In this document: positions 15,101 to 29,800 of the stretch, in pieces
Layout of the letters: every line of letters begins with the position of its first letter
Position numbering within the stretch: position 1 is the stretch's first letter
Assembly: GCA_040954595.2 (NCBI GenBank)
Contig: CM082576.2
Span: 2,206,760-2,270,759, forward strand
DNA: 64,000 bases
Direction of reading: 5' to 3'
DNA from: Balanoglossus misakiensis
Taxonomy: Eukaryota; Animalia; Hemichordata
Notes under the pieces: model-generated
The model's database searches: none
Seen by the model: the letters and a program-made list of their open reading frames with translations, nothing else
What the model was told of the DNA's origin: nothing
Position numbers and translations under genes: made by a program

Positions 15101-18100
15101 AGAATAGTAATGTTTGTATTATGTCAATACATTTCTTTGTCCTGATTTACATCAGGAGTCATTCTGAAAGAAATCCAATTGTCAGCCATGTTGCCATGGA
15201 AACTCAAGGTAACGCAAACAAATTAGAGGTAATTTGGCACAGAAGTTGTTTGCACTGTCCACACACGCCCTCTAATCACAGGAAAACCAAATTACTCTAT
15301 GCAAATCCACTTACCCATTTCTCTGGTTTATAATGAGATTTCACTTTTGTAAGTCTGGCCATGATCTCTTGATTTTCCTGTTCAATCTGATGCAGCTTTC
15401 GTTCGATGTGCGGACGGTTTAGACTGTAAAACAGAGGAAAAAAGATGGATGTTAGTCTGCATGTGTTTTTGTCTGCACTTTTATCTTGTGGCTTTAAACA
15501 GTGTCTGTTTTCCCTAGAACACTGCAGTATGCTAGGTAGTCAGTGGGCAACATTTTTATTCCAGAGTAGGCGTACTGCCTGACAGTTGATATTTACGGCA
15601 TCTTAATGGCAGCAATATCAATTTCTACATGCTATTTATTTTAACTCCATTCCCAAATACATTCTCAAGATCGATGCTTTTTAATTTCCTGTGCAGATCG
15701 ACTGAGAGACTCCCGTTGCAAGGCCAGATTTTATTACTAATGGTAATGACAAAAAGAGAAACGTTAAACCATAAAATGTCTGAGTTGCAAGTAGGAATAC
15801 AGAATGCAAATTAAGGTATGTTTGCCATGCTGTGACGAGCACACACTCACTGCGTCCATGTTACACTCAGAAATCAAATGCTGGTGATACTCAATGCTGA
15901 AGTGCCTATTAATGTTGTTTTCAAAACAGAAATGCATGTGACAGGGCAAGTACTTTTGTGACTCAAATGTATTTTCCATCGTTAAAAAGGGTTTGTAAAT
16001 TGCTTTTTAATATTTCAGCTCATATAGTAGACACATTTCTATGCCTTATAGTCCTGTTAATTGATGGCAATTTTCTGTTATTGGTGGGTGACAATACTGA
16101 CCTAGTCTGAAGATAAAAGAAGAAAACTTACAGTTTTATTAAGTTTTCATTGATACAAATATAACTTGAAACTATAAACTTGAAAGTCTGCTTGAGTCTT
16201 TACCTTTTGGGTTCATATTCCAAATTCCAGTTATCAACTTGACCATGGGATCTGAGAACTTGAGTTAACTTGGCCAGTAAAATTCTGTTTTCATGTTCTA
16301 TTGTCGCTTGTCTCTCCTCTTCAGCCTAAAGATGAAAAAAGAAATTGATGACTGCTCTTTATTTCTCAGATTTGGAAACACTTACCGTTGGGTTTTGCTA
16401 GTGGGGACATGAACTTCACACAGATACGCACAACATATACTGTTCTTGAATTTGTCAAGTAGTTTAAAACGTCTCAACAAAAAACTCAGCAGGTGGTGAG
16501 CCTAAAACTACAAATTTTGGGAAATTCAGACATTTCTTTTCAGAGGTAATTGGATTAGCATTTTATTTCTAACTAGAAGTGTACGGTAATCAATGAGGTG
16601 TGAAACAAGTCAATGGTTGCCATGTCAACCCCTGAGTACAGAATCACCCATGTTGCTATGGCAACACTTGTGTTACCATGCCCGGGGCTCTCACCTGGAT
16701 CTTCTTGAGCCTGAGTTGAAGATGTAAATAATTTTGTGGAGTTTTGTTGTCTATGCCTGATCTCATGCCTCTCATCTGAAAATGAAAAAAAAGCAAGAGC
16801 CTTCAGAAGTAGAACAAATCATGACCACTTTGTCACAGGTGGTCATATAACATGCTGTAAGTTACTTGTATGGAAAATTTCCCTAATTTTTAAATGCACT
16901 ATTAGCACTGACAGCAGCTGTCAATTTTTTCACTCGCAGGTGGTTATTTAAAGTGACTGATGGCCACTTTCTATATCCCTGACCAGTTACCATGCAAGTC
17001 AGACTGCATACGCAAATACCACCCATGAAATAGGGTTAATTTCCAGGTTGACCTAATTTCTATGTCCACTCTCACAGTAGCTGACCCTGCAGACCAACAC
17101 AAAGACAGCTGTACACTGATACCCATGTGTAGATACCACACTTGGCCAGTTAACCTATGCTGCTAACACAATAGTTGAAGTGGTCGCTATTTGTTCTGGT
17201 AAGATTACACTGGTAAATCCCCCTCCCAGCACAGATACAGTTACACACAGGCAGCAAACACACTTATAAAGCTCTTACACAATGGTCAAATTCCTAATTA
17301 CAGTTTTATTTGCTACACCAAACTTGGCAAATCCATACACCTAGAGGTATTTACAAATTAACCAAGGCAACTTCAGAAACTTTGTTTTCCCACTTGGACT
17401 GGCAAGATAAGTTTTCAAGATAAGTCCTACTCAGTATGATACCAGCATAACACAGATTTATTAAAGCATGCACTTAATTCATATTATAGTCCAGACACAG
17501 TAACAGACACTGAGCTTGTTTACATGGTTGTCATGGTAACCTTTCCGCCATGTTGCAGTTAGCTTCAGCACCCCAGTTTTGTTTGATGTATGGTTGAATT
17601 CTGAAAATTCTCTTGAAGAAAAATAATATTTGGACATTGAAGTCAGATTTTTGAATGTTTGAAGTAATGTTGAGAGGGTGAGAGTTTTTATTCTAACGAA
17701 TGCTGCATTGAAAAAAAATTTACGTCCGTGGATGGTACGATTGGCAGACTTGTCAGCAAATATCTGAGAAGTGACATTTCTGACTGCATTGGAGAACCCA
17801 AATGAACAGAAAAAACTGCCATATTGATATAATTCTCGTGACTTGCATTTGTTGTTAGTGATTACACTGGCAACAGAAAGTGGAGAGCAGTTCATGACCT
17901 GTCTGGGCACAAGTTACATAAAAAAAAGCAATAAAAAGTGACCGAAAAGCACTTGCCATCTGAATCTTGGTGCTGAAAATAATGTGCTAATTCACGAAGT
18001 TTCCCACTGTTTTTGTTTGTTTGAATTTGGCCTTGCAACAATGGCATTGGCTCAACAGTTCAGCAACAACTGCAGTTTGAAGTTAATTTACCAGTTTAGT

Positions 18101-21100
18101 ATCAATCTTATGTCCTCGCTAAAGTTTATAGTCATGTAACAGTAACGTCCACATTTGAATTTTGACTAGGTCATTATTTTATACTCCTTACAATTAAAGG
18201 CTGGCCAAGTGTCAAATTGCGTTCCCCATGAATAGCAAAAAGCAGGCCACATAACTGTTGAAGAGTGTTCCTGAATGAATTAATTTGTTTTGGCGAGAAC
18301 GGTCATAGATACATAACAATGGTTCCGATTTCATGACTGCCATTTCTCTTTTGTCACGTTCACAAAACAAATACTTACAACAGACTTCACTTGAGTTTAC
18401 AAGTTTTTTTCCATTGAATTTATTGTCAGGCAAAGTGTGATTCCTGGCTCACCTTACCACATCAGATGAATCCTTTCAGGAGAAAAATCTGCCCTCCAAA
18501 AATAATTTCTGCAAGTCTGGGCAAAGAAAATATTTTCTTTGCCAGGCATGATTTGCTATAGCGATACAATTGACTGTACACACACATGAAATCCTCCTTT
18601 TATTGTTTGACTTCGACAATAATTCTGTCCATCAGAAACAAAGAAGCATTGTAAAGTTGTCAACAAGTGCTTACCAGGGCAAATAATCATTTTATTAACA
18701 TACCACATACCTACAGAACAATGTGGGATCAATTTCACGGCAAAGTTCTCGTCAGCAATGGAATTACATTGCATAACTGATACCGATAGTCTGGGGTAAT
18801 CTGGAGACAATTAGCACAAGAGTCTGATTCTATATAATTTTGTTGTACCTTATGTAATGGTTTGTTTCTACATTTTAGTGAAAAAAAGAATGTGTTTTTT
18901 CAGAATTTCTTTCTGTTTTTATCAAATTCAAATTCAATTGATTACAAATACGAAAAAACTGAGACATCATTGTTGCGTGGTTTTTCATGAATGATATCTT
19001 GTAATTCTCACAGAGCTGAATTTGCCAACAGCTATTTCACCGTAATCTTGGTCCAGGCAGTGAAGCTTACATGCTGAGGTAACACAATCACCATTCAATG
19101 TTTATAGAAGTTGCTGTAGGCTACAATAATACCTGTATCACTCCGTAGCAGCTACCAAAGGTTAAGCTTGTTAAATTGCCATGACAACCTTAAGTAGGGG
19201 GGCATTCCCATGCACTGGTAATTCCCTCTTACTGTGGTTTCCACTTCCAGGGCAAAATACTGCATTGCTCACTCTGTTTGCAGAGAAACACAATTTTGAG
19301 TTGCTACACACACTGTAATGCACTGAATCATTTTGACATGAATGACGGCTACTTACACGATAATCTGACGATAATATTGATCACATTGACTTCAAACTGA
19401 CTGATATCTAACTGATACTTATGTCACGACTAGAAAGTTTTGAATGGGCCTGTGATCAGTGGTCAAAAATGTAAATTCAGCGCTATATATCTATGCAGAT
19501 GCCATTTCTTTATGTGAAGGGATGTATATCACTGCTAGAGATCAATGGTCAGTTCATACTGACATATTGACATGCAACCCCAATATGGTCAGTGAATAAA
19601 TTGACTTTTATCTGAATTAGAAACTGACTTGTAAAATGTCACACTGCCATGCTATTGTACGGCTTGTATAGTGAAGCAACTATGCTGCATTCAATGTGGA
19701 TTAAATGCCAATTCCCCCCCCCCCCCCCCACTTTGTGTTTGTATCACGTATTGACGATAATTTCATAGTTTAGAGACTATGACCTAGGAAATCACAGCTA
19801 GGCAGCCAGGCGAGACAAGCAGCTGCCGACATATTAACATTATTACCGTTTTATGAAGTTATTAGTTCAATTTAAAAACAGGTAGAACTTACAAGAATTT
19901 TCGACTAGTTTTATCATAAAATATACATAAAATAGATTTTTTTCTACTCCCAATATTTAGTATGTTACTGTAAATACCCAGTATTTGTTGTACATGTGAA
20001 ACAGACGTTTATTTTAGTAATAAATGAATTCAAATTGTCAACAATAGCAATTAACAGATGTCATATATGCTGTGTTGACAGGTTGAATACTGAGTAGAGC
20101 AAAACGTTGACATTGATAAACTGGAAAATGTTAGTCAAAACATTGTCTCAAGAGTTAAGAGTTACAGGTATAGTATGTACTTCTACAGACAGAGTGCAGG
20201 TAACAACCCCATCAAGTCTGATTACTAGTAAGAGATAAATAAACAGAATCCTTTAAATTGATAAGCTAAGCCACTAGTAGTTTAACCTTTGCTCACAACA
20301 TGAAAAGGGGCAACACAGCCATTTTTTGTTCTGGGTAATTAAGATAATCAGATTGAAATCTAAACAAATATCTACTGTTATCAGTTAAAGAGATTTGCTC
20401 CCTTGTGCCAGGGAGTTCATTTATAACAACTTATCTGTCTCTTGTACTTTAGTTGCCATCTATCTGATGTCCAGCCCCAGGAGAGTTCACAAATTAAAAT
20501 TACCTTCTCTTGTATTCAATACAACATATTGCCTAACAGGGATTCACTCTTCTTGAATATTTTCTATCATTGAGGTTGGGTTTTTTTTTACATAAAATTT
20601 ATTATTTGGCATTTTGAGTTTTGCTTAACATTTACTTAAATTTTTACAGCTGATTTTATATTTCTAATCCAATCCATTTTATTTAACTTGTCAACGAGGA
20701 ATTTAATCGAACTTGCAATGATGTATTGTAAACCAATTTCCAGGATTCGGCTCAAGGGATTTATAATAAGGACAGTAAATTTAAATCTGTAGAGTTGCGG
20801 ATACACTATAAAATGTCCGACCATGGATGGCCTTGTATTATAATGCAACAGTGGAAACGATTTGTGTGAGAAAATACCGTGGCAGCCCGCATGATCAGCT
20901 GTCACAGTTTTTTAAGTGTTAACGATCTACATTTGCATTGCTTGCGGGTCAGGGCTAAGTTTATATGTCACACACGCACAAATGTATATTTCATGCGATG
21001 GACAGTTGTACCATTTGGTCACACTGTTATCAACATGTTTGCTTGTTGTTCCATTCTACCAAACTAACACATTTAAAACATCCTGGGGTGTCAAACAGAC

Positions 21101-21316
21101 AAACCGATCAATAGTGTCCTCAAGAAACACCGCGTGTGCGATCGCGACCGCGGCGACTAATTTACACCTGAAACAATGGTTGATTGATAAAGGGACCGCG
21201 TCCGTCCCCACTTATCGAGTTCTCACCTTCTGAACGTGTTGCCTGTACGCTCTCTTGTCCCATCTTTTCTGTAACAACTTGTTTCCAGTCGCAAAAGTGT
21301 GAGGAGGCCGCGGCAT
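9162..21316 (-). CDS. CFAP97/KIAA1430-domain plus annexin fusion protein, 17 exons, about 617 aa
   Basis: Phase-compatible GT-AG exons: 21227-21316, 16695-16775, 16204-16325, 15315-15423, 14438-14566, 13814-13870, 13595-13684, 13375-13456, 12304-12398, 11918-12031, 11436-11492, 11119-11235, 10756-10929, 10543-10618, 10150-10259, 9652-9792, 9162-9371. The N-terminus (GNKLLQKRWDKRAYRQH...IDNKTPQNYLHLQLRLKKIQAEEERQATIEHENRILLAKL...SLNRPHIERKLHQIEQENQEIMARL) resembles CFAP97D1/2. The C-terminal half has annexin repeats (DAALLFKATKGMG; GIGNVEATLVEILCTRNN; DDTTLARILVTRSEVDLPQIKKLYKKRYGHTLEEDV). Confidence 0.8.
16616..16665. promoter_or_regulatory. Two RFX X-box-like palindromes in intron 2 of the CFAP97-annexin gene
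   Basis: GTTGCCATGTCAAC 16616-16629 and GTTGCTATGGCAAC 16652-16665. Further copies at 15190-15203 and 17527-17540. Confidence 0.45.
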
Positions 21317-23874
21317 CTTCTCTGTTGAACTCATAGGTAGATGTGTTGCTGTTTGTTTTACTGTTCAAAAGAAAGGAGCACAGCTGAAGGGTGTCTTCAA
21401 CAACGATCACAGTACATGTACAGTTATCACAGTTAAAATAACACGTCGCGTCCCCCAGTCGTGTGGATTCCCGCGATCAACCACCTATGTTATGTACATA
21501 GTTTGACGATCATCTCAAAAACACTCGACTTTCTCGGTTTTGATCGTGTATAAGGGTATATTCCGTACTTCACAAGTATTCCACACAGCGGTAGTGACGC
21601 ATTGGATCGGCGCGGCTTTCACCGTTGTCTGTCAATATGTCCTTATTCATATGAACGACGCTTGTAACAAAGCTCTATGGTTACGGGGGCAGCTGATAAA
21701 CATTGGGGCGCTTCTGCAACTGCAATGGCTGACGTGAGCATAGCATTCGAAGACGCAAATTATTCCAAAACGATGCTTATCTAGAAGGCTCTGAAAATGG
21801 AAAACTGCGTCAAAATAAATGAACCCAACTTTCTGAATGAATTTATCAACAAAAAATCTAGGATAAAGTCTTTTCCAAAATTCCAGTGCCAAAACAATAG
21901 ACGCGCGTTTCCTACGTCGATGGGACAACAAATTATGCAAAGTTTAACTTTAAGTGCCCCGGAAGAAAGCTAAACAAGCTTGTTGACTCTTGTCGGATTT
22001 GCGTTCTAGTATTACTATATTGAATTTCCATAATAAGTCAGAGCTCAAAATTTAATCATTTCAGCTTTATACATGTTCAATCCACCAAATCTGCGAAAAT
22101 GAAAAAGAAGGAATTGGCTGCACTAAGACAGAAACATGTTTTGGATAAAATGTTCTGGAGCCATGTGTATAGATTTGGTAAATAAATGTGTAAAAACTCC
22201 AAATCAAACAAAAAGGCCATATTCAGGCAAACATTTTATTTATCAAAAGTTAAAATTGATAAACTTAACAGTATCTTGACAGGTTTGAATGCCAACTTCA
22301 GTCTGTTTAAAATAATTTCAATTAGATGGTATTGCATTAGTGCGTTGTGTATACATGTAAATGAAAGCACACAATTTTAACATCCTCCCCAGCGTCAATT
22401 AGAGTTACAAAATCATAAAATGCTGCATTGTAAAAATGAGAAATGCTTTAATTATAAAAAAAAGTATTTTGGGACACAATGTGATGTGACACAAAGTTTG
22501 GTCCATTGAAATCTAGCTCTGTGCTGAAAAAAATCTCAACATACAGTATATTTAATTTATGGCTCTTGGGGGCGCTATACTGAATCTACTTTATTTTTGC
22601 TTGCTTCCAAATTAGCCAAAAAAAGCAAATAATACCAAAATAAACAGTATCAAAGCTAAGAATAGTAAATTAAATTCTGAGTTGTGTTGGAAAATGGAAT
22701 ACATGTTATAGGAGAACACAATATTTGAATAATATACACGGTAAAAATATATTGTACTGAATAAATGTATGATATGGAACTGGCAAAGAGCTTGAGGGAA
22801 CTCCTTGTCATGGTAACTGTTTCATGACAATTAAAAATAGCTTAAAAGTAACCTCCAAAGCACTGGTAGCTGCAAAGTATTGGAAAAATGCTGTGGAATA
22901 TTTACAGTATATCGACTTGGCATGAGAAATGATAATTCACTTTGAAGAGCAAAGAAAGTCTGGATTATTCTATCAGCCTAGCTGCCAAAAAGTACATTTA
23001 AACACGTCACACCACACAAGAGTAACCGTGATTTGAAATAACAGTTAAAACTGACTTGCAAAATTAACAGGTGGGGCACCCATGTGTAAAATCTTACAGT
23101 GCGATTGTTTTCTGTAATTTCGGCCTCTGAAATATTCAAAGCCTCCAAACGCTGTCAATTTCATTCAGTTAAAATGAAAATTTGCAGAACTGCACAAATG
23201 ACTGTAAAGAATAAAGATAACTACATTGTCAAAAACATATACAAACAGAAAACTCTTCAGAGTTTACAAAATGACAAATTGCATTTGAGTTGTATGGATG
23301 ATATAGTCTATGCTAGGGAATGTAACATGTATCTGCTCATTAAGTTTTAACAGTTAAGTTTTGAAATTTCCGGGAATTGGGTGTATGCTTGGAGCCATGA
23401 TTATTTATATGCATACACTGTTGCATTTTCAATGATTTTGCAAAATCATTCTCCATAGCAACCAATACCCAGCGGTTTGAATCATGGTACCACCCTGGTC
23501 TCTTGAATATGCAAAGTCCATGTAGAAATTAGTTTTGTATAAATATCAATCCTATAGGAATACATAAGGTCACTCTGGTTTGAAATGACTTCAGCCTTTG
23601 TCATTTACTTCAGCCCTTGTCTATGTACAAAATATACACAGGACTAGACAAGGAGGAACTGAATAAGCAAACCTCTACATACTACCATTTTAATCAGACT
23701 GAAATGTCTCTCACATTATGTATTGGTCCATACAAAATGAATAAATCTGGGAAAGTTACTCACGAAATTCTTCAAGGTATTTACAATGTATAATCTACAT
23801 GACATGTTAATTGACACACGTCCCTACTCCACACATGCATTTGCAATCTGCTTGTACTCCTTTTTTGTCTTTGA

Positions 23875-26800
23875 TCATATGCACCACCTGACGTCTAAAA
23901 TGCACTTTTCTCGGAACCATAACATCATAATTTGGTTGGTTTCAGTCATCTTTTCATCCGTGGATATGTCATAATTGAGAGCCTCCTCTTGAGTCTGAAA
24001 TAAAATTACCAGATGGTTACGAAAAAAACCCCACTCCAACCATGGATGATCTCTTTCAAGTCGAACTGCCTTACAGGCCAGAATGTTAAAAATGTCAAAC
24101 GCTTAAAACACAAACATACATTTTCAAGTTCTATGTGTCATTTGCATTATTCATTGTGGTATTTGTTTAAATTCTGTTTTCCCCCTTACCATAGTTGGCG
24201 GATAAAGTCTTTTCATGTTTCGTCTGTTGAGATGTTCCAAGAAGGCTTTCTTCAGAAAATCCACTTGATTGGTTGAAAGGCACTTTCTGCAAATTCTGCA
24301 TTCCTGCAACACAATTAGGTGATGTTTACTATCAAATACGGAAATGAGACTACACAGAGCTGCATGCCACGTGCAGTACACTTGGACGCCATTTTGTCGG
24401 GAATAGAACTAATGCCAATGCCTTAACATTGTCAGGAAAGCATTTTGAAAAGCTGACACTTGAACTTGATTGAGAAATCTACCTTTTGATGACACGTCTG
24501 GCATTCATCACTTGCACACCTGTCACCTGACACTTCGATGTCTCTGTCACTGACGAGCATATTATTTTCATCTGATGTGCTGAAAAAATAAGATAATTCT
24601 TACTGTTTTTACAGAGATGATTGAGACATGTGAATAAGTGGAGATATGGAATTGTTGAAAAGTCATAAACGTCAAAATGTAATCAAAGGACAAAAGAACA
24701 AAAGATAAAGCCACACACCTATACTTGACACTGGTGGGCACCGGCCTGGCAGCGCCTACAAGGTTTAAGGCATTATAGATCACTTGCTCATACATCAGTT
24801 TGTTCGGAGGAAAGTGTTTTGAAGACAAATTTGGTGACATGTTAACCTGTAAGAAATATAGAAATAGCACGACATTAGCTGACGCTTTTTCCCCAATAAA
24901 ATGACGTGATAAATTTAACTTCTGGTAAAAAGTGTCAAGAGAAAATTCTCTCATAACAGCTGCAGAGTAGAAATGACCTGTAGTTCTCACCTCCATCAAA
25001 TAGATGTTCAAATCTTCGTCTAGGACAAAATCAAATCGAACTAGTTCAAAGAAATTCCTAATGAAAAAGAATTAAGAAAAAAAAGTTAAACTTTTAATAC
25101 TTTTGTTAATGTCTGTAAGGTAAAATTGCTTACTTTTTGGAACTGAATGATAATATAATTTTGCTATGCTGAAAGTTACACATGTAAGAAATACCAGTTT
25201 CTATGACAACTGCTTACCTGACAGAGCTGTATTTGCTGGCAGAACTCACCATTTTGGGTTCAAAATGTGTGACTACCTGAGTGATGGATTCATACATTTG
25301 GTCCCAGATGTGCTGTGAATCTTGGCCTGAAGGGGAATAATAATGCCGTGGTGATTTGCCACAATCTCTAAAAATATGGATTTCAGGACACGGCTGAATA
25401 AATATTTTATTTTGCCTTAAATGTTACGATCATGATTATTTCTCTCTCGGCTAGATACAGATGGGACTTAACCTCAGTAATGAAGTTGAGATGTAGCGAT
25501 CTTCACGGTCGCAAAAAATAGATCAGCTGTCATAGATGCACATTGTGAAATATTTCACTCTGACATTATTGCTAGAGTATGGCACCAGAGCTTGATTAGA
25601 TAATGGTTGCATTCTGATCGTTGTGCTCTCAAATTGCCCATTAAAGTTCTGCTGTTAGCCTAAAGATACATTCAGAGCAAGACCAGATGGCTGGCTGGAA
25701 ACAGTGTATTCTCTGAACATCATAACACAACTCGTACATAAGCTTGATTTATGGACCAGATGAAAATTGACATTTTACATCAAAAGCTGTTTTAAAGGTC
25801 TGTGTTCTTTGATGTGGTAGACACAAGATCTAGGTTATGAGCCAGAAAGGAAGGGAGTGGAGAAGAGAGAAGAGAGAGGAGAGAGAGAGAGAGGCAGACA
25901 CATAGCAAGTTAAACCCCAGGGTGTCTTCGTACCTTGTTGCCTGATGTAGATGTTAAGTGTTTCTTTGTGACTGTACTTCATGTTATTGTAAATGTCTTG
26001 TAATGATGGCATCTGTGGGAAGAGAAACAAACAGCTTTTGTTTTGTTTTAATCATAAATAAAACCAAAAAAACATATTACTAATGATCCCATCCCAAAAC
26101 ATCTCAACGGAGGAACACCAAAATCAAAATCAAACCAACCTTCCATGTTGGAGTGTAGTCATCCCCAACTACATACTTGTCAACATCTTCAAAATCTATG
26201 GGGTGGTAGTCTTTGCTGCAGAATCTAATAAGGGTCTCCTCTTCATAGACATACAGTCGGAGCGGGTCAATGGAGGCTATGACTGTGTACACGCCAATGT
26301 CGAATTTCCTGCCGTCTATGAGGTAAGGTTTCTGAATGTACTCTTGAATGAAAGTCTTGTCCGTGTCCAAGTCCAACTCTGTGTTGCAGAAAGATGGAAA
26401 CCCATGAACTGACATATATTATAAAAGAATTGCAGGTTCGAAATAAAACCTCTCCAGATGACACCATTACACCCACTCCAGGGTCAATGATTACACTGCA
26501 GCTTTTACAAAAGAGTTTTCTGAATTCTGTTAAATGCTCGGTCACTCCCCCTTCCCTTCCCATGACTATTTCTCTATAAAGAGCAGTTTTGGAGTCAACT
26601 TGTTGAGAATTACAAGAATTTTGATGTTGGTTCTCACCATCATTTTTTTTCACACGGATGCCTCGATGACTGTTGCTCTTCTGAACCCACAGCATGTCAG
26701 GGTTTTCTTCACTCTACAACAAAATCAGATATTTTTAATAGCCACATGCCATTTTCACTATTTCGGAGACAAAGAAGATGCTGGTTTAACCCTGGTTTCT

Positions 26801-29800
26801 TGTGCTGGACCATAAAACTGTTTCACTTTTATACTTGCCTTTTTCAAGAAATCCTCCTTCTGGGTGGGCATTTCAAATGCTAAGGGAATGTAGTCAAGGC
26901 CTGATGTGGCCAGGTAGACTTTATTTGTGATGTATCCAATCCCCGGGAAATGGTTGAGCTGAAAGATACAGAAATGAACAGCATAACTCATGTATAAGTG
27001 AAGATATAGGTTCAACAGGCAGGACTGAAAAGATGTTGGAGATAATTCAATATCTCAAAGCAAAAACTAATGCATTAATGTAGCTACTTGAGAATTAGTC
27101 AATCCTTGCATTCTGCATCTCTGTAAGTGCCACATCTGCATTTTTTTCTAACATAACATCATTTTGTATAAGAAAAATTGCATAATTTATAATCCTATTT
27201 TCCAAGATGCATCAGGTACATCAACTGATAAGATCACCTAAGATATCTTTGCACCAATTGATGCTTTTAACAATAATTCTTTTGACATTTTAATATCAAA
27301 CCTACGACACAGCCTATATTTATACATTTTTTGCCTTTTACCAAGATGAAAATTTAAAATTTACAGCACAAAGTGCAGTGAGATTAAATATTCATATTGG
27401 CAATTCGCGCCTGGTGACAAGGATCACACATCATTCAGAATATTGGTGTCAGACAGGTTTCTCAAGGTAGTGGCGGCCAAACCATAAAACTTACCCTCTG
27501 GTGTGGTTTCATTCGCATAATGTGCCTTGAGAGCTCCCCAAACGGGTAGTCATGCGCCCACAGGACATCCCATTCGGAATCAGAATCACCACGCAAGAAA
27601 CCAAGTCGGTCAAACACCGCGATGACGTGATCCAAGTAACCACTTTCGATCTGTGAAGCACAAGTAGAAGGAAACTATCAAGCATTGATGTGCAAATTAA
27701 AAAATGAACAATTTATATTAATAGAGTCAGTGAGCCGGAGCAGGTTGATATTATGTTGAAATTAAAAACTGAAATTATTTGGTTATCTTTCCAGCTGATA
27801 GACCAATGAAAAGTGAAATGGGTGTGATGATAGTATAGATGACTATTGTAGCCTTGGAAAGCTTAATTTTCTAATGGATTGAGAAATTATCAAAGCCCAA
27901 TACTAGCCTACCTAAGCTACTGCTAAAATGTTTATTTGAAAATTGGGTCCGCCAGTTGCAAGCATGCTCAATCAATTACATGGATAATTTAATTGGATGG
28001 GTATACATTTTTAATATTAAAGACCGCAATAATTGATGAATTGGTTTTGCAATATAACATAAGGCAGTGGTGACACAATGGTACCATACCAGTTTTTCAG
28101 GAAAAAGAATCAACCACCAAAAATTTGTTATCAGTGAAAAAAGACTCAATCTGAATGTTCAATGAATACCAGCATTGAAAAATTGCTATTCAGAAAAAAA
28201 AATGTAAATAGGTTTTCACTTTTGAGGGCCTGAATGCTTGATTTGATAAAAACTGCAGTGAAACCAACTCTGCCGTGGCAACCAAATTCAATGGAAGTCA
28301 ATTTTATTACCATTGTTTTATTACCTACACACTAAACATGATTCCCTGCGATAGCTTTCATGAAAATTCAATTTTGTGGTCAGAAGGGATTGTGATGGCT
28401 TGAGTACATTCACACCAGCACATCATAGAATTACATACAGCTGAGTAGACGCACACTGAACAGATTGTGTGCATCGGTGAATTTTTCAAACGACAATTTC
28501 CTGTCAATAAAAAAAGATGTGCCATACTTCCAATACATTCTCTCCCACATAGCAATTATAACTGATAAATCAAGCAACAAGCCATGTGGAGAAATCAAGA
28601 ATTAACAACAGATGGCTAAACTTGTATTCAGAAAACCATTTGGCTGTATTTAAATTAAAATTGAGACTCTCACAATAATGGGGTATATTCATTCGATATC
28701 ACAGGCAATTCAAGACATCACTTGCTGACTTCTCCCTCCACACAAGCAAACATCCTTGACACATTGACTGTCTACATTATTCCTAGTACCACCAACCACA
28801 CACCTTTGTGCACAGTTTGAAACTTTCCCCCCAGGGGGGCAGGCCGATAACAATGGCACAACATCAAAGGGTTATTTGACCTCAAACAACAGCAATGTAG
28901 GCTAAGCCTTACAATCATTGTCAGTACTGGGGCAACTGACTCAATAGCTGAACTGCTTTCAACGTGGCAGCTTTTCAACGTGGAAAGTTCAGTCAAGCAG
29001 TCATTTCATTATTTTGGTGCCAGGATTCTGGTTCAAATTCCAAAATCGTGTACTGTTGTTCCAAGCTGTCCCTTATTTCTTTGATATGAATATAGACATG
29101 TTTATGGTATGAATATCACTAGCACCATCTCCAAATTTTTCCTGTGTTTTGTCTATATACAGGGTGTGAGTTGAAAGAGGTTAGCAAAAGTTCAGGCGGT
29201 ATGTCAGACTCAGTATCATTGTAATGTCACGAAATGCCTTCAGTTGTGTACATCTAGTAAACTCAATGAGACATGCATAGAAAATAATCCTCATTAAAAA
29301 AAACGAGACCGAAATGTCATGTCAAATACAACAATGTTTTACAACAAATGCCAGCTGAAATTGATCACACAGCTGGCCATCTCTTAATAAGCTCGTGGTC
29401 GTTTTTGATATCTTTGCCAATTATCCTATAATCCTATAAAAGGATGATGACAATCCCACAACCCCATGCCAGTAAATCACGTGCAGCCGGAGTAATTGCA
29501 CAACTGCTGACATTATCAGACAGATTTAATGCAAGTCCTGTTTAGAGAGAGATAGAAAAAACTCCATGGTTACTATCTCCATGGGTACAATCTCCATCAT
29601 GGTTACGATCTAAGTCTTCCATTTCCTTGACAAGTCTTAAGATTTCAACAATCGTCAAGTGAGCAAGACAGAGAATGAACCCATCAATGTAATCCCAACA
29701 AATGTAATGGGAAAGTCAAATGCACTGAGCTTTTCTCATGTCTAAGATCCCTCAAGGATGCACGACTGTACTGTAGAGATAATAAGGTTAAGCATCATCC

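Noticed and set aside
17479-20905. Short ORFs in the first intron of the CFAP97-annexin gene
   Set aside because: No recognisable domains, and exon 1 joins exon 2 in frame without them.
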